A DNA stretch of 51,526 nt from Candidatus Woesearchaeota archaeon. GTDB lineage: Archaea; Nanobdellota; Nanobdellia; Pacearchaeales; GW2011-AR1. The DNA lies in NCBI GenBank assembly GCA_964408125.1, contig CAYOYC010000001.1:1-51526 (forward strand), in the 5' to 3' direction. Under the pieces are notes generated by a model. That model searched no databases, was not told the origin of the DNA, and saw only the letters and a list, made by a program, of their open reading frames with translations. Shown one piece after another: positions 7,608 through 17,454 of this stretch. Each line of letters starts with the position of its first letter. Position 1 is the first letter of the stretch. A program made the translations under genes and the position numbers.

Positions 7608-8632
7608 TCTCCAAAAAGTTCATTTAATTTACCTTTTCTGTAGAACTCAACTATAATTAAAACGTAAGCTAAAATAAGCGGCCCTAGGATAAGCCCTATA
7701 AACCCGAATGCTAATAATCCGCCGACAACTCCTATAACTGCTACGAAAATATTTAGACTAGAATGTCTAGATACAAAATACGATCTTAAAACGTTATCTA
7801 TTGTTCCAACAAAAAGCATTCCGTAAAAGAACAATATTATACCACTAACTACCTGTCCGCTCACCATCAAATAAAGAGAAACTGGGATCCAGACTAACCA
7901 AGAACCTAATACCGGAATAATTGATGCGACCATTGTAATTATTGTTAAAAATAAAACTTTTGGAACGCCGAGTATCCAAAGACCTAATCCTAAACAAAGA
8001 CCTTGTATAATACCAACTAAAACCTGCCCTAGCATTATGGAGTTTGTTATATTTCTAAATTCTTTTGCAAATTTCTCTTCTGTTGATTTTGATAATGGTG
8101 ATAGTTCGGATAGATATGCCCTGACTTTCTCCGAATCTTTTGTCGCAAAATAAAATGTAAGTATAAAAATACCAAATTGCATTAATAGGTTTGGTAAATT
8201 TGAGAATGCTTCGCCAAATGAGTTGATAGTAAACTTAAAGAAATTTGCAATGAAGAGATTTACCTGGACGGCGGCTAGAGTTGCAACTTCTGCGCCAAAT
8301 AAACCCCCCAGTAGAGTTCCTAGGGTGCCTGATATGTCCATTTTTTGAACATACAGATATGTGTTAAAAATTTCTTTTACAAATGACGGCAAAAGCCAAA
8401 TCATTGGGATTGCAACAATTACTAATATAAGAAAACAAAAAACCAACGTCGAAAGATTTTCCCCTTTTAATATTCTTTTAATCGGGTAATAAAGAGGATG
8501 GACTATATACGCTACAAAAATACCTAAAAAAATTGCTAGAATTAGTGGTTTTAAAACAAATATTGCGGCTATGAAGACAGCGAGGATTAAAAGTCCTACA
8601 ATTACCTTATTAACTACTTTTCTGTCTACCAT
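7604..8632 (-). CDS. AI-2E family transporter (PerM/UPF0118)
   Basis: Multi-TM protein with the family's typical C-terminal half. The ATG at 8632 (MVDRKV) sits about 25 nt from a tttataaa box, so it is preferred to 8698. ATGA overlap with deoA. Confidence 0.75.
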   Translation of the reverse strand: MVDRKVVNKVIVGLLILAVFIAAIFVLKPLILAIFLGIFVAYIVHPLYYPIKRILKGENLSTLVFCFLILVIVAIPMIWLLPSFVKEIFNTYLYVQKMDISGTLGTLLGGLFGAEVATLAAVQVNLFIANFFKFTINSFGEAFSNLPNLLMQFGIFILTFYFATKDSEKVRAYLSELSPLSKSTEEKFAKEFRNITNSIMLGQVLVGIIQGLCLGLGLWILGVPKVLFLTIITMVASIIPVLGSWLVWIPVSLYLMVSGQVVSGIILFFYGMLFVGTIDNVLRSYFVSRHSSLNIFVAVIGVVGGLLAFGFIGLILGPLILAYVLIIVEFYRKGKLNELFGE

Positions 8633-8729
8633 ATGTTTTAAAGCAAATTGGAATTTATAAACATGTCGAGAGGCTATTGATATTATTAATAAAAACATCA
8701 GAAGGATTTATAAATATGAAATTGCAAAA

Positions 8730-9431
8730 ATGTATATGATTATAAAAAAAATATTTAATGGAATATTTGATGAGGCTGTACATTCTGATTTTTTAAAGTT
8801 CGGAAAAGGGGAATTTAAGGATAAGTATTTGATTAGTGGCAAAAAACAGGCTGACAAGTGGGTTATAAAAACTGGCCCTGAACTTGCTAATCATCTTGTC
8901 AAGATGGGCTTAGAAAAGGCAAGCGGGAAGATAAAGGCTACTGGAGTAATTGTTTCTACAATGCCTCTGGATATTTCAATCTCTAATGGACTAAAGCAAT
9001 TTATGGGCATAAAACAGTATAAGGTTGATTCAGAAATTGATACAAGCAATATTTTAGATTTAATGGGAAAATACCCACGTGCTTTCTTTGCACTCTCATT
9101 TATATTACCCGACTATGAATTAAAAATAAAGGCAAAGGCTCCAAAGTCTGCTAAGCCGTCTACCAGTGAAAAAGAAGCTAAAGCAGAGTTCTGTTCTTTA
9201 AAGACTAATGATTTTAATGTTGTTAAGGAATTATTATTTGATAATCCGAATTTTGATAAGGAAATTACGGTTAAACATATTGTCAAGATAGATCAAATCA
9301 TTTATCCTAAGGATTTTGCTAAAATGAGGCCTGAAGATGTTAGGGAACAATCCAAGAGAAAGGGCGTGATAATTAGAGAAACCACTTCTGACGGCAAACC
9401 CATAAAGAGTGAAGCAGCGTTTGAAGCATAA
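8730..9431 (+). CDS. hypothetical protein upstream of the ribosomal superoperon
   Basis: 233-aa ORF, no domain recognised. The ATG at 8736 fits leaderless spacing slightly better than 8730. Confidence 0.45.
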   Translation: MYMIIKKIFNGIFDEAVHSDFLKFGKGEFKDKYLISGKKQADKWVIKTGPELANHLVKMGLEKASGKIKATGVIVSTMPLDISISNGLKQFMGIKQYKVDSEIDTSNILDLMGKYPRAFFALSFILPDYELKIKAKAPKSAKPSTSEKEAKAEFCSLKTNDFNVVKELLFDNPNFDKEITVKHIVKIDQIIYPKDFAKMRPEDVREQSKRKGVIIRETTSDGKPIKSEAAFEA

Positions 9432-9582
9432 AGATTTTTCGAGAAAGGTTTAAAAAGGGGGATTTTCTATGAATTTTACATAGAGTCTGCAAAACAGATT
9501 CTGTATTTTGGAGTTGCACACTCGTTTCTTCAGAAGCGAATGCTACATTATGCAAAGACAAAATAAGTTGTAAATATCAAAA

Positions 9583-10527
9583 ATGGGAACAATACATAAA
9601 CCAAAATCAGGAAGTCAGCAATATTGGCCTAGAAAGAGAGCTGAAAGAATTTTACCAAATGTTAATTGGAATGCAATCAAAACTCCCCATAATGGTTTAA
9701 TGGGTTTTATCGGATATAAGGTGGGAATGACTTCTGCTTTTGTTAAGGATAACACTTCAGATTCCATGACAAAGGGTAAAAAAATTATTATTCCTTCTAC
9801 AATTGTTGAGTGCCCTGGGTTAAAGATTTTTTCTGTGAGATTTTATAATAATAAAAAAGTTGTTGGTGATGTTATTGTTTCTAATGATAAAGAATTAAAA
9901 CATGTTGTTAAAGTTCCAAAACAAATTGGAAAAATTGAAAACTTTAAGGGCGAATTTGATGATGTTAGGGTTTTGGTTTATTCCGAAGTAAAAAAGACCA
10001 ACATAAAGAAAACGCCTGACATGATTGAACTTGCTATTTCTGGAACAAAAGAACAAAAAATTACCTTTATTAACGATAAAATAGGAAAATCTATTAGTGT
10101 TTCTGAGGTATTCTCCGAGGGTCTTGTTGATGTAAGGGGAGTCACAATTGGACGTGGGCTACAAGGGCCTGTTAAGAGATTTGGTATTTCATTAAAATCT
10201 CATAAATCTGAAAAGGGAGTTAGAAGACCAGGCTCATTAGGTCCGTGGCATCCGGCAAGAGTTACTTTCGTTACGGTTATGGCTGGACAGTTAGGATTCT
10301 TTACAAGGGTACTTTTAAACAACATGATATTAAAATCTGCAAAAATTAGCGACTTAAATATAAATAAGAGTGGCGGGTTTTTACAATACGGGGACATTAA
10401 AACAGAATTTTTAATTGTATCTGGCTCTTTACCTGGCCCGCAAAAAAGACCATTGCTATTGACTGTTCCGCTAAGGCCTACAAAGTCAACATTAAAGAAA
10501 AAAATGGAGTTTATTGAATTAAGATAA
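9583..10527 (+). CDS. rpl3: 50S ribosomal protein L3 (uL3)
   Basis: PRKRAERILP..., GYKVGMT, RGVTIGRGLQGPVKRFG. First gene of the conserved L3-L4-L23-L2 order. Confidence 0.92.
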   Translation: MGTIHKPKSGSQQYWPRKRAERILPNVNWNAIKTPHNGLMGFIGYKVGMTSAFVKDNTSDSMTKGKKIIIPSTIVECPGLKIFSVRFYNNKKVVGDVIVSNDKELKHVVKVPKQIGKIENFKGEFDDVRVLVYSEVKKTNIKKTPDMIELAISGTKEQKITFINDKIGKSISVSEVFSEGLVDVRGVTIGRGLQGPVKRFGISLKSHKSEKGVRRPGSLGPWHPARVTFVTVMAGQLGFFTRVLLNNMILKSAKISDLNINKSGGFLQYGDIKTEFLIVSGSLPGPQKRPLLLTVPLRPTKSTLKKKMEFIELR

Positions 10528-10528
10528 A

Positions 10529-11317
10529 ATGGTAAAAGCAAAATTATTTGATGCTAGCGGAAAAGAAAAGGGTTCTGTCGAATTACCTAAATTAATTTCT
10601 GGAACTATTAGGAGAGATATTTTAGCTAGGGTTTTTGAAACTCAAAAAAGAGAACAACCTTATGGATCCATGGTTTTTGCTGGTAGAAATTATTCTGCTG
10701 CTGGTATCTTAAGAAGAAAGAGACATGCATGGAAAGTTACTTATGGTAAGGGTATCTCTAGAGCTCCGAGAAAAATTATGTCTAGACATGGTCAAAGTTT
10801 TCAATGGGTTGGTGCGTCTGCTAACTATACTAGAGGTGGTGGTGTTGCACATCCGCATAGAGCTGAAGAAAATCAATTTAAAAAGGTAAATAAGAAAGAA
10901 TTGTTAATCGCTTTAAATTCTGCTATTTCTGGAACTTTTGATATAAAGGCAACTGAAAAGAAATATGGAATCAAAATTGCGAATTCTGCAATTGTTGCTG
11001 ATACAAAGGTTTTAGAGCTAAAAACAAAAGATTTTATTCAATTCTTAAAAACGGTTTTCGGAGATGCATTTGAAAAATTATTGAAACATAAAAAAGTGAG
11101 AGCTGGAAAAGGAAAATCAAGAGGGAGAAAATATAAATCAAATGCTGGTTTATTGTTTGTTATAAGTTCTGATGAAAAAATGAATAGATCTGGAATCGAT
11201 GTTGTTAAAGCTAAGGAACTAAGGATTTCCAACCTAGCTCCGAATGGGGAACCTGGAAGATTTACAATCTATACTGAAAAAGCATTAAAAGAAATAGGAG
11301 AGGTTTGGAAATGGTAA
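10529..11317 (+). CDS. rpl4: 50S ribosomal protein L4 (uL4)
   Basis: Synteny plus GRNYSAAGILRRKRHAWKVTYGKGISRAPR and KVRAGKGKSRGRKY. Confidence 0.9.
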   Translation: MVKAKLFDASGKEKGSVELPKLISGTIRRDILARVFETQKREQPYGSMVFAGRNYSAAGILRRKRHAWKVTYGKGISRAPRKIMSRHGQSFQWVGASANYTRGGGVAHPHRAEENQFKKVNKKELLIALNSAISGTFDIKATEKKYGIKIANSAIVADTKVLELKTKDFIQFLKTVFGDAFEKLLKHKKVRAGKGKSRGRKYKSNAGLLFVISSDEKMNRSGIDVVKAKELRISNLAPNGEPGRFTIYTEKALKEIGEVWKW

Positions 11318-11559
11318 TTCTAGAAAAGGTAAAAGCAACTGAGAAAATAGTAAGAATGATTGAAGCAGAAAACTTGATTGCATTCGAAACAGACAGAAAA
11401 GTAACAAAGAATGATGTTGCAAAAGAAGTTGAGAGTTTATTTAATGTTAAAGTAAAAAATGTTAGAACAGTTACTAGAAAAAATAAGAAAATAGCTTACG
11501 TTACACTAACTAAAGATTATGTTGCGGCTGATGTTGCATCTAAATTGGGAGTATTATAA
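11311..11559 (+). CDS. rpl23: 50S ribosomal protein L23 (uL23)
   Basis: Synteny, KATEKIVRMIEAENLIAFETDRKVTKNDV. ATG at 11311 with a GGAGAGG SD-like element upstream. Confidence 0.88.
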   Translation: MVILEKVKATEKIVRMIEAENLIAFETDRKVTKNDVAKEVESLFNVKVKNVRTVTRKNKKIAYVTLTKDYVAADVASKLGVL

Positions 11560-12257
11560 TGGGAAAGAGAATTATTTCACAGGCAAGAGGGCATGGAAGT
11601 TTTTCATATAGAGTAAGAAGAGCTGCTTATTCATTAAAGCCCGCTTATCCTATAAATATAGACGGAGAATGGGAAGTTGTAAATTTAGTTACAGAGGCTG
11701 GGCATAGCACACCTGTCGCAATATTAAGAAATAAATCTGGAAAAACTTTTCAGAATTTTGCAGCAAAGGGATTATATGTTGGACAAAAAATCACATTTAA
11801 TGGAACAAAAAATGGTGATATTTCATATTTAAGCAATTTGCCAAATGGTACAAAGATTTTTAATATGGAATTAAGACCAAATGATGGTGGAAGACTTGTA
11901 AGGGCAAGTGGAAATTCTGCTGTTATTATGAACAATGGTGGAGAATCTGTTAAAATAATGATGCCTTCAAAAGAAGAAAAAATCTTTGGTGGCGAATGCA
12001 GAGTGACAATTGGTGAGACAGCTGGACAGGGAAGATTAGAAAAGCCTGTATTAAAGGCTGGCAAAATGCACTTTATTAAAAAGTCAAGAAACAAATTATG
12101 GCCTAGGACATCTGCCGTAAAGATGAACATTATCGATCATCCATTCGGTTCAGGTAGAGGAAAGAGACCAAAGAGCAAAATAATCAAGAGATTTGCATCT
12201 CCTGGACAAAAAGTAGGACACTTACACCCGAAGAGAACGGGAAGGACAAAGAAATAA
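11559..12257 (+). CDS. rpl2: 50S ribosomal protein L2 (uL2)
   Basis: [31 protein letters not shown]. Confidence 0.93.
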   Translation: MGKRIISQARGHGSFSYRVRRAAYSLKPAYPINIDGEWEVVNLVTEAGHSTPVAILRNKSGKTFQNFAAKGLYVGQKITFNGTKNGDISYLSNLPNGTKIFNMELRPNDGGRLVRASGNSAVIMNNGGESVKIMMPSKEEKIFGGECRVTIGETAGQGRLEKPVLKAGKMHFIKKSRNKLWPRTSAVKMNIIDHPFGSGRGKRPKSKIIKRFASPGQKVGHLHPKRTGRTKK

Positions 12258-12670
12258 TGGCAACAAATGTAAATATGAACGTTGGAGGAAGAGTAAAAAC
12301 CTTTAGAGGAAAACAACTCGAAGAGCTTCAAGCTTTAGATGTAAGAGAGTTCGCTAAACTTTTAGCATCCAGAGAAAGAAGAACAATAATGAGAAGCTTC
12401 CAGATACTTGAAAAGTTTTTAGAAAAATCAAAGAAAGATGTTGCTAAGGGTAAAATGCCAAAAACACAAACAAGAGAACTTCCGATAGTTCCTGTTATGG
12501 TTGGGTGGACAATTGGTATCCATAATGGAAAGGAATATACTCCTATAAAAATCATAGAAGAAATGTTGGGACATAGACTTGGCGAATTTTCACCAACAAG
12601 AAAAGTAATTAAACACGGAGCGGCAGGTGTCGGTTCAACTAGAGGATCTGCAAGCATGTCTGTTAAATAA
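12257..12670 (+). CDS. rps19: 30S ribosomal protein S19 (uS19)
   Basis: [35 protein letters not shown]; TAATG junction with L2. Confidence 0.92.
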   Translation: MATNVNMNVGGRVKTFRGKQLEELQALDVREFAKLLASRERRTIMRSFQILEKFLEKSKKDVAKGKMPKTQTRELPIVPVMVGWTIGIHNGKEYTPIKIIEEMLGHRLGEFSPTRKVIKHGAAGVGSTRGSASMSVK

Positions 12671-12672
12671 AA

Positions 12673-13305
12673 ATGGTAGAAGAAGTTAAACAAACTGAAG
12701 CCATACTGGAATCATCTCACAATGAGAAGAAAAAACCAAGGGCTAAAAAAGCAAAAGAAGAAACTAAGAAAGAAGAAGCAATTGTAGTCGAAGAGCCTAA
12801 GGTTGAAACAGAAACAAATGCAAATCCTGATAGCGAAAAAAAAGTTGAAGTGAAAAAGATAATAACAAAGAAAGTTGCGAAAGAAATTGCTATTGCAAAT
12901 GCATATTCTCTTTCAATAAGTACAAAACAATCAAGCGCGATTGGAAAAATGATATTAAGAAAACCAGTTGATAGGGCAATTGAGATGCTTGAATTGGTTT
13001 TGCAGGAAAAAATGGCTGTTCCAATGACTGCCCTAGAAATACCTCACAGAAAAAGATCTTTGATGCCTGCAGGTTTTGGTGGGGGAGGAAGATTCCCTAA
13101 GAACGCATCAAAAGAATTTATCAATTTACTAAAACAATTAAAGGCGAATTGTGAAACAAATGGAGTTGAAAATCCTGTTATAACGATTGCGATGTCTAAT
13201 ATTGCATCGAGGCCGTTTAGAAAAGAAGGAAGAAGGGCAAAGAGTACTCATGTTCATCTAGAGGCTAGAGATAAAACTAAATTAATATTTAAAAAGAAAA
13301 AATAA
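12673..13305 (+). CDS. rpl22: 50S ribosomal protein L22 (uL22) with a Lys/Glu-rich N-terminal extension of about 65 aa
   Basis: Core begins around AIANAYSLSISTKQSSAIGKMILRKPVDRAIEMLE. The preceding 60-70 residues are low-complexity K/E. Confidence 0.88.
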   Translation: MVEEVKQTEAILESSHNEKKKPRAKKAKEETKKEEAIVVEEPKVETETNANPDSEKKVEVKKIITKKVAKEIAIANAYSLSISTKQSSAIGKMILRKPVDRAIEMLELVLQEKMAVPMTALEIPHRKRSLMPAGFGGGGRFPKNASKEFINLLKQLKANCETNGVENPVITIAMSNIASRPFRKEGRRAKSTHVHLEARDKTKLIFKKKK

Positions 13306-13306
13306 A

Positions 13307-13978
13307 ATGGAAGAAAGAAAATTTGTTGGAATAAGAAAAGAAGAATTTGGAATTAAAGAATTCATAAAAAAGGAATTTGGAAAAGGAAAAATATCTGGTG
13401 TAAAAATTGAGTACACTCCGGTTGGAGAAAGAGTAATTATATCCACACACAAACCTGGATTAATTATTGGCAAAAGAGGAGAATCTATTGAAAGATTAAC
13501 TGAAATTTTGAAGAAAAAATTTAAAATGGAGAATCCAAGGGTTGATATTGCTGAAGTGAAAAATCCTGATTTAGACGCTCAAATTATTGCCGATGATATC
13601 GCTTTATCTATGGAAAGGTTCGGATCATTAAGATTTAAATCAATTGCATACAGGGCACTTACAAAAGTAAAAGCTGCTGGTGCGCTTGGTACTGAAATTG
13701 TTTTAGCTGGAAGGCTTCCTAGCGAAAGAGCAAAAAGATGGAGATTCAAATTTGGCTATCTAAGAAAAACTGGTGATGCTGCTAACGACGTTGATTATGC
13801 TGAAAGCAGAGGATTAGACAAACAGGGAATTGTTGGTATTAAGGTTTCTATATTGTCTCCTGAAACATTTAAAACAGAAGAAGTAACTGTTAATGAAGAG
13901 CTGCTTGGAAAATTGAAGATTAATCTAAGCACTATTGAAGATAAAAAAACTAAAACTAAAAAGGAGACTAAAAAATAA
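13307..13978 (+). CDS. rps3: 30S ribosomal protein S3 (uS3)
   Basis: KH-domain signature IISTHKPGLIIGKRGESIERL; synteny. Confidence 0.92.
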   Translation: MEERKFVGIRKEEFGIKEFIKKEFGKGKISGVKIEYTPVGERVIISTHKPGLIIGKRGESIERLTEILKKKFKMENPRVDIAEVKNPDLDAQIIADDIALSMERFGSLRFKSIAYRALTKVKAAGALGTEIVLAGRLPSERAKRWRFKFGYLRKTGDAANDVDYAESRGLDKQGIVGIKVSILSPETFKTEEVTVNEELLGKLKINLSTIEDKKTKTKKETKK

Positions 13979-14172
13979 TGGTAGATGAAAAAGCCCAAAA
14001 AATTGAGAAGAAAGTTAAAGAAGTAAAAAATATTGAAGTAAAAGATGATTCAAAAATTATTGAATTAAAAATTGCACTATTAAAGCAAGGGTCTAAAAAG
14101 CGAGATATTAGAAGAGAAATAGCAAGATTATTAACGCTCCAAAAAACTAAAACAATAGGAGACAAAAAGTAA
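13978..14172 (+). CDS. rpl29: 50S ribosomal protein L29 (uL29)
   Basis: 64-aa helical K/E-rich protein in the L29 slot, with a REIARLLT-type motif. Confidence 0.8.
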   Translation: MVDEKAQKIEKKVKEVKNIEVKDDSKIIELKIALLKQGSKKRDIRREIARLLTLQKTKTIGDKK

Positions 14173-14174
14173 TT

Positions 14175-14477
14175 ATGGACATATGCCCTAAGTGTGGTTT
14201 ACCGATAGCGGCGTGTGTTTGTGAAGATATAGCAAAAACCCAACAACAGGTTGAGGTTAAAACCGAACGAAGGAGATTCGGTAAGTTCGTAACGTTGGTT
14301 TACGGATTGGAAGGAGTCGATTTAAAAGAAATCGCTAAAAGGCTTAAAAACAAGCTTGCTTGCGGTGGAACAGTCGCCGGTAAGGTAATTGAGCTTCAGG
14401 GAAATCACATCGGGAAGGTAAAACCCGTTTTGGTTGAATCTGGATTCACAGAATCGCAAATAATAGAAAAAAAATAA
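14175..14477 (+). CDS. sui1: translation initiation factor aSUI1 (eIF1 homologue)
   Basis: N-terminal CPKCG...CVC knuckle, RRFGKFVTLVYGL, LKNKLACGGTV. Confidence 0.88.
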   Translation: MDICPKCGLPIAACVCEDIAKTQQQVEVKTERRRFGKFVTLVYGLEGVDLKEIAKRLKNKLACGGTVAGKVIELQGNHIGKVKPVLVESGFTESQIIEKK

Positions 14478-14478
14478 A

Positions 14479-14883
14479 ATGGTAAAAGAAAAAATAACAA
14501 AGATTGGAAAGAAAGCGCATACTAGTGTAAGCTCTGACGAACAAAAAGTCAAAATTAGCTGTGCGGATAAAAAGTGTCCGTTCCATGGTAGCGAAGCTGT
14601 TAAGCTTAGAGGAAGAACTTTTGAAGGAGAAGTAATTGTAAAACATTCCAATAGAGTAAAAATACAGTTTGAAAGATTTTTGTACGATAGAAAATATGAA
14701 AGATTCGAAAAAAGAAGAACAAATTTACATGCTAGATTACCAGATTGTTTGAAAGAACAAATACAAGTTGGAGATTGGATTGAAATTAAAGAATGTAGGC
14801 CGTTAAGCAAAATTATGCATTTTTATGCAACTAAAAAAATAAGAAGCAAAACAGAATCAGCGCAAGGAGTTAAAGAACAATGA
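14479..14883 (+). CDS. rps17: 30S ribosomal protein S17 (uS17)
   Basis: RGRTFEGEVIVKHSNRVKIQFE, GDWIEIKECRPLSK. Confidence 0.9.
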   Translation: MVKEKITKIGKKAHTSVSSDEQKVKISCADKKCPFHGSEAVKLRGRTFEGEVIVKHSNRVKIQFERFLYDRKYERFEKRRTNLHARLPDCLKEQIQVGDWIEIKECRPLSKIMHFYATKKIRSKTESAQGVKEQ

Positions 14884-15281
14884 AAGCAGTAACAGGAAAC
14901 GTAACACGTGGATTAAATATTGGAAGTGTATTAGAGGCTGCAGATAATAGCGGAGCTAGAATTGTAAAAATAGTTTCTGTAAAGGGTGGAAGATCACGTA
15001 AGGGAAGACAGGTTTTTGCTAGGGTTGCAGATTGGGTAAAGGTTTCTGTTAGAAAGGGAGACCCAAAAATGAAGGGTGAAGTATTTGATGCTGTTATAAT
15101 CAGACAAAAGAGGTCGTGGAAAAGACCGAATGGAGAAAATGTTTGCTTTTCAGATAATGCCGTTGCTTTATTAAAAGATGAAAAAGGAAACCCTAAGGGG
15201 ACACAAATTAAAGGACCTGTCGCGAGAGAGGTACAGGAAAGATGGAAAGAGGTATCTAAAATAGCGTCTACTGTTTATTAA
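14880..15281 (+). CDS. rpl14: 50S ribosomal protein L14 (uL14)
   Basis: LEAADNSGARIVKIVSVKG, AVIIRQKRSWKRPNGENVCFSDNA. Confidence 0.93.
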   Translation: MKAVTGNVTRGLNIGSVLEAADNSGARIVKIVSVKGGRSRKGRQVFARVADWVKVSVRKGDPKMKGEVFDAVIIRQKRSWKRPNGENVCFSDNAVALLKDEKGNPKGTQIKGPVAREVQERWKEVSKIASTVY

Positions 15282-15282
15282 A

Positions 15283-15687
15283 ATGAAAAAAGAATTCACA
15301 ACAAAATGGAGAGAAAGTAAACAACCTAGAAAGCAAAGAAAGTATTTACATAATTTGCCATTGCACTTGAAACAAAAACTAATGGGTGCCGCTTTAGATA
15401 AGGATTTGAGGAAGCAATATGGAATTAGGAGTATTGAAGTAAGAAAGGGCGATGAAGTTTGCATAATGAGAGGAAAATTTAAGAAGAGAGTTGGAAAGAT
15501 TGTTGATGTAGACTTAAAGAATTCAAGAATAGCAATTGAGAATATCCAAAATACGAAAAGAGATGGAAATAAAGTTAATGTTTGGATACATTCCTCTAAA
15601 GTTAAAATAAAAAAATTGGACGATAATGATAAAATGAGACTTACAATTAAACAAGGAGAAAATAAAAATGCACAAGACAAGAAGTGA
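15283..15687 (+). CDS. rpl24: 50S ribosomal protein L24 (uL24)
   Basis: KOW motif VRKGDEVCIMRGKFKKRVGKIVDV; synteny. Confidence 0.9.
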   Translation: MKKEFTTKWRESKQPRKQRKYLHNLPLHLKQKLMGAALDKDLRKQYGIRSIEVRKGDEVCIMRGKFKKRVGKIVDVDLKNSRIAIENIQNTKRDGNKVNVWIHSSKVKIKKLDDNDKMRLTIKQGENKNAQDKK

Positions 15688-16312
15688 ATTACCAGCTAAT
15701 TGGCCATTGCCAAGAAAGGGAACAAAATACTTTGTTAGATCTAGTCATTCTGCTAGCGACGGAATTCCATTACAAATCGTTTTAAGGGACATATTAAAAA
15801 TTGGAAGAACCAGAAAAGAGGTTCGATTTATGTTATTGAATAAGGAGATAAGTGTCAATTCAAAAGTGAGAATAAATAAGAAATTCCCAGTTAGACTATT
15901 TGATATAGTAACACTTGGAAAAACTGGAAAAAGTTATAGACTAAACATACACGGAAAGAGGGTCAACTTTGAAGAAGTTAGCGCTAAAGACTCTAATAAA
16001 AAAGTAGTAAAAATTATTGGAAAGGTTTTGATTGGAAAAGACAAATACCAAATGAATCTTGAAGATGGCTCTAATTTTTTAGTAAAGGAAAAGTTTGTTA
16101 CTGGAGACAGCGCCGTTATTAACTTAAAAGAAAATAAAATTGAAAAAATAATTTCGATGAAGGAAGGAGTAGGAGTGTTGGTTGTCTCTGGAAAACATTC
16201 AGGCAAAGAGGGAAAAATAAAGGAAATTCTTGCTGATAATAAGGGTTATTTAATTAAATTTGATGACGGAGAAGTATTGCTTCCTGAAAAGACATTACTT
16301 GCAACTAACTAA
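15668..16312 (+). CDS. rps4e: 30S ribosomal protein S4e (eS4)
   Basis: WPLPRKGTKYFV, IVLRDILKIGRTRKEVRFML, C-terminal KOW-like GKHSGKEGKI. Confidence 0.9.
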   Translation: MHKTRSELPANWPLPRKGTKYFVRSSHSASDGIPLQIVLRDILKIGRTRKEVRFMLLNKEISVNSKVRINKKFPVRLFDIVTLGKTGKSYRLNIHGKRVNFEEVSAKDSNKKVVKIIGKVLIGKDKYQMNLEDGSNFLVKEKFVTGDSAVINLKENKIEKIISMKEGVGVLVVSGKHSGKEGKIKEILADNKGYLIKFDDGEVLLPEKTLLATN

Positions 16313-16839
16313 TGGAAAACAAAAAACAATCAAACATTATGAGAACACCTAGAATTGAGAAAGTAGTTTTAAATGTTGGTGGAGTTGCAGAAAAGTTAGA
16401 AAAAGGATTTATATTACTGCAAAAATTAACTGGGAAAAAACCTGTTAAAGTTGCTGCGACAAAAAGAATACCTACATGGGGAGTAAGACCGGGGCTACAG
16501 GTTGGTACAAAGGTTACATTAAGAGGCGAAGATGCTGAAGCTTTCATTAAAAGGGTATTGCCTGCTGTTAATAACACAATAAAGGCAAAGCAAATCAGGC
16601 CAAACTTTGTTTCATTTGGAATACACGAATATATCGAAATTCCTGGTATAGAATATATTAGAGAAGTTGGTATCATGGGATTTGAAATGACTATTGTTTT
16701 CGTAAGAACTGGAAGAAGAGTCGCTTTAAAAAAGGTAAAAAGAGGAAGGGTCAGAAGACAAAATGTAACGATAGAAGAAATAGAACAAATTATGCAAGAT
16801 AAATTTAAAACTAAAATACTAAGGAGGATAAAAAACTAA
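16312..16839 (+). CDS. rpl5: 50S ribosomal protein L5 (uL5)
   Basis: [36 protein letters not shown]. Confidence 0.92.
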   Translation: MENKKQSNIMRTPRIEKVVLNVGGVAEKLEKGFILLQKLTGKKPVKVAATKRIPTWGVRPGLQVGTKVTLRGEDAEAFIKRVLPAVNNTIKAKQIRPNFVSFGIHEYIEIPGIEYIREVGIMGFEMTIVFVRTGRRVALKKVKRGRVRRQNVTIEEIEQIMQDKFKTKILRRIKN

Positions 16840-16840
16840 A

Positions 16841-17071
16841 ATGACAGCAAGCGATTGGAGAAAAATAACTAAACAGCTTAGGGTAAAGCCAGCTAAGTTA
16901 AAGAAATTTCTAAAGCATAACAAGCCAAAAGATAGAAAGTTTGGCATAAGCGTAAATAAATGCGAAAGATGCGGCAGACAAGGAAGCCATGTCGGACAAT
17001 ACGGCATAGAACTTTGTAGACAGTGCTTTAGAGAGATTGCTGTTGATCTAGGATTTAAAAAATACTCATGA
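16841..17071 (+). CDS. rps14: 30S ribosomal protein S14 (uS14, zinc type) with N-terminal extension
   Basis: CERCGRQG...[18 protein letters not shown]; AGGAGG SD upstream. Confidence 0.9.
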   Translation: MTASDWRKITKQLRVKPAKLKKFLKHNKPKDRKFGISVNKCERCGRQGSHVGQYGIELCRQCFREIAVDLGFKKYS

Positions 17072-17454
17072 AAAGCGATATAATATCAGATGCATTGAAC
17101 AACATAATGAATGCTAAACGAGTTGAAAAAACAGAAGTAAGAATAAATAAGATTTCGAAATTCTTGGTAAATATCCTACAAATGATGAAGGAACAAAAAT
17201 ATATTGATTTTGAAGTTAAAGACGAGGCAGAAAGCAAACCTTATGTTATCGTCAAAGTTTTGAAATTAAATGTTTGCAAATCAATCAAGCCCAGATATTC
17301 CGTAACTGTTGAGAGAATTGATAAATATTTGAGAAGATATTTACCTTCTAGAAATTTTGGTACTGTTATCGTCTCTACAAACAAGGGATTAATGTCACAT
17401 GAAGATGCTATTAAAAATAATTTAGGGGGAAGCTTAGTTGCTTATTTCTACTAA
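17068..17454 (+). CDS. rps8: 30S ribosomal protein S8 (uS8)
   Basis: [15 protein letters not shown]..., [26 protein letters not shown]. Confidence 0.92.
   Translation: MKSDIISDALNNIMNAKRVEKTEVRINKISKFLVNILQMMKEQKYIDFEVKDEAESKPYVIVKVLKLNVCKSIKPRYSVTVERIDKYLRRYLPSRNFGTVIVSTNKGLMSHEDAIKNNLGGSLVAYFY

Noticed and set aside
9445-9582. A confident promoter and leader assignment for the L3 superoperon (aaaggtttaaaaagg at 9445-9459 would give a leader of about 100 nt).
   Set aside because: The box is a good match, but no SD precedes the L3 ATG, and a weaker A/T-rich stretch lies about 26 nt upstream of the ATG. The true start site cannot be decided from sequence alone.
12328-12693. Long antisense ORFs inside ribosomal and other genes (for example 12328-12693, 14322-14810, 15171-15680, 11750-12130, 6745-7236 and 553-789).
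   Set aside because: They lie fully within well-supported genes on the other strand. They encode low-complexity Phe/Leu/Ser-rich sequence, the mirror image of Lys/Glu-rich coding DNA. They lack the promoter or SD context that real genes show here.
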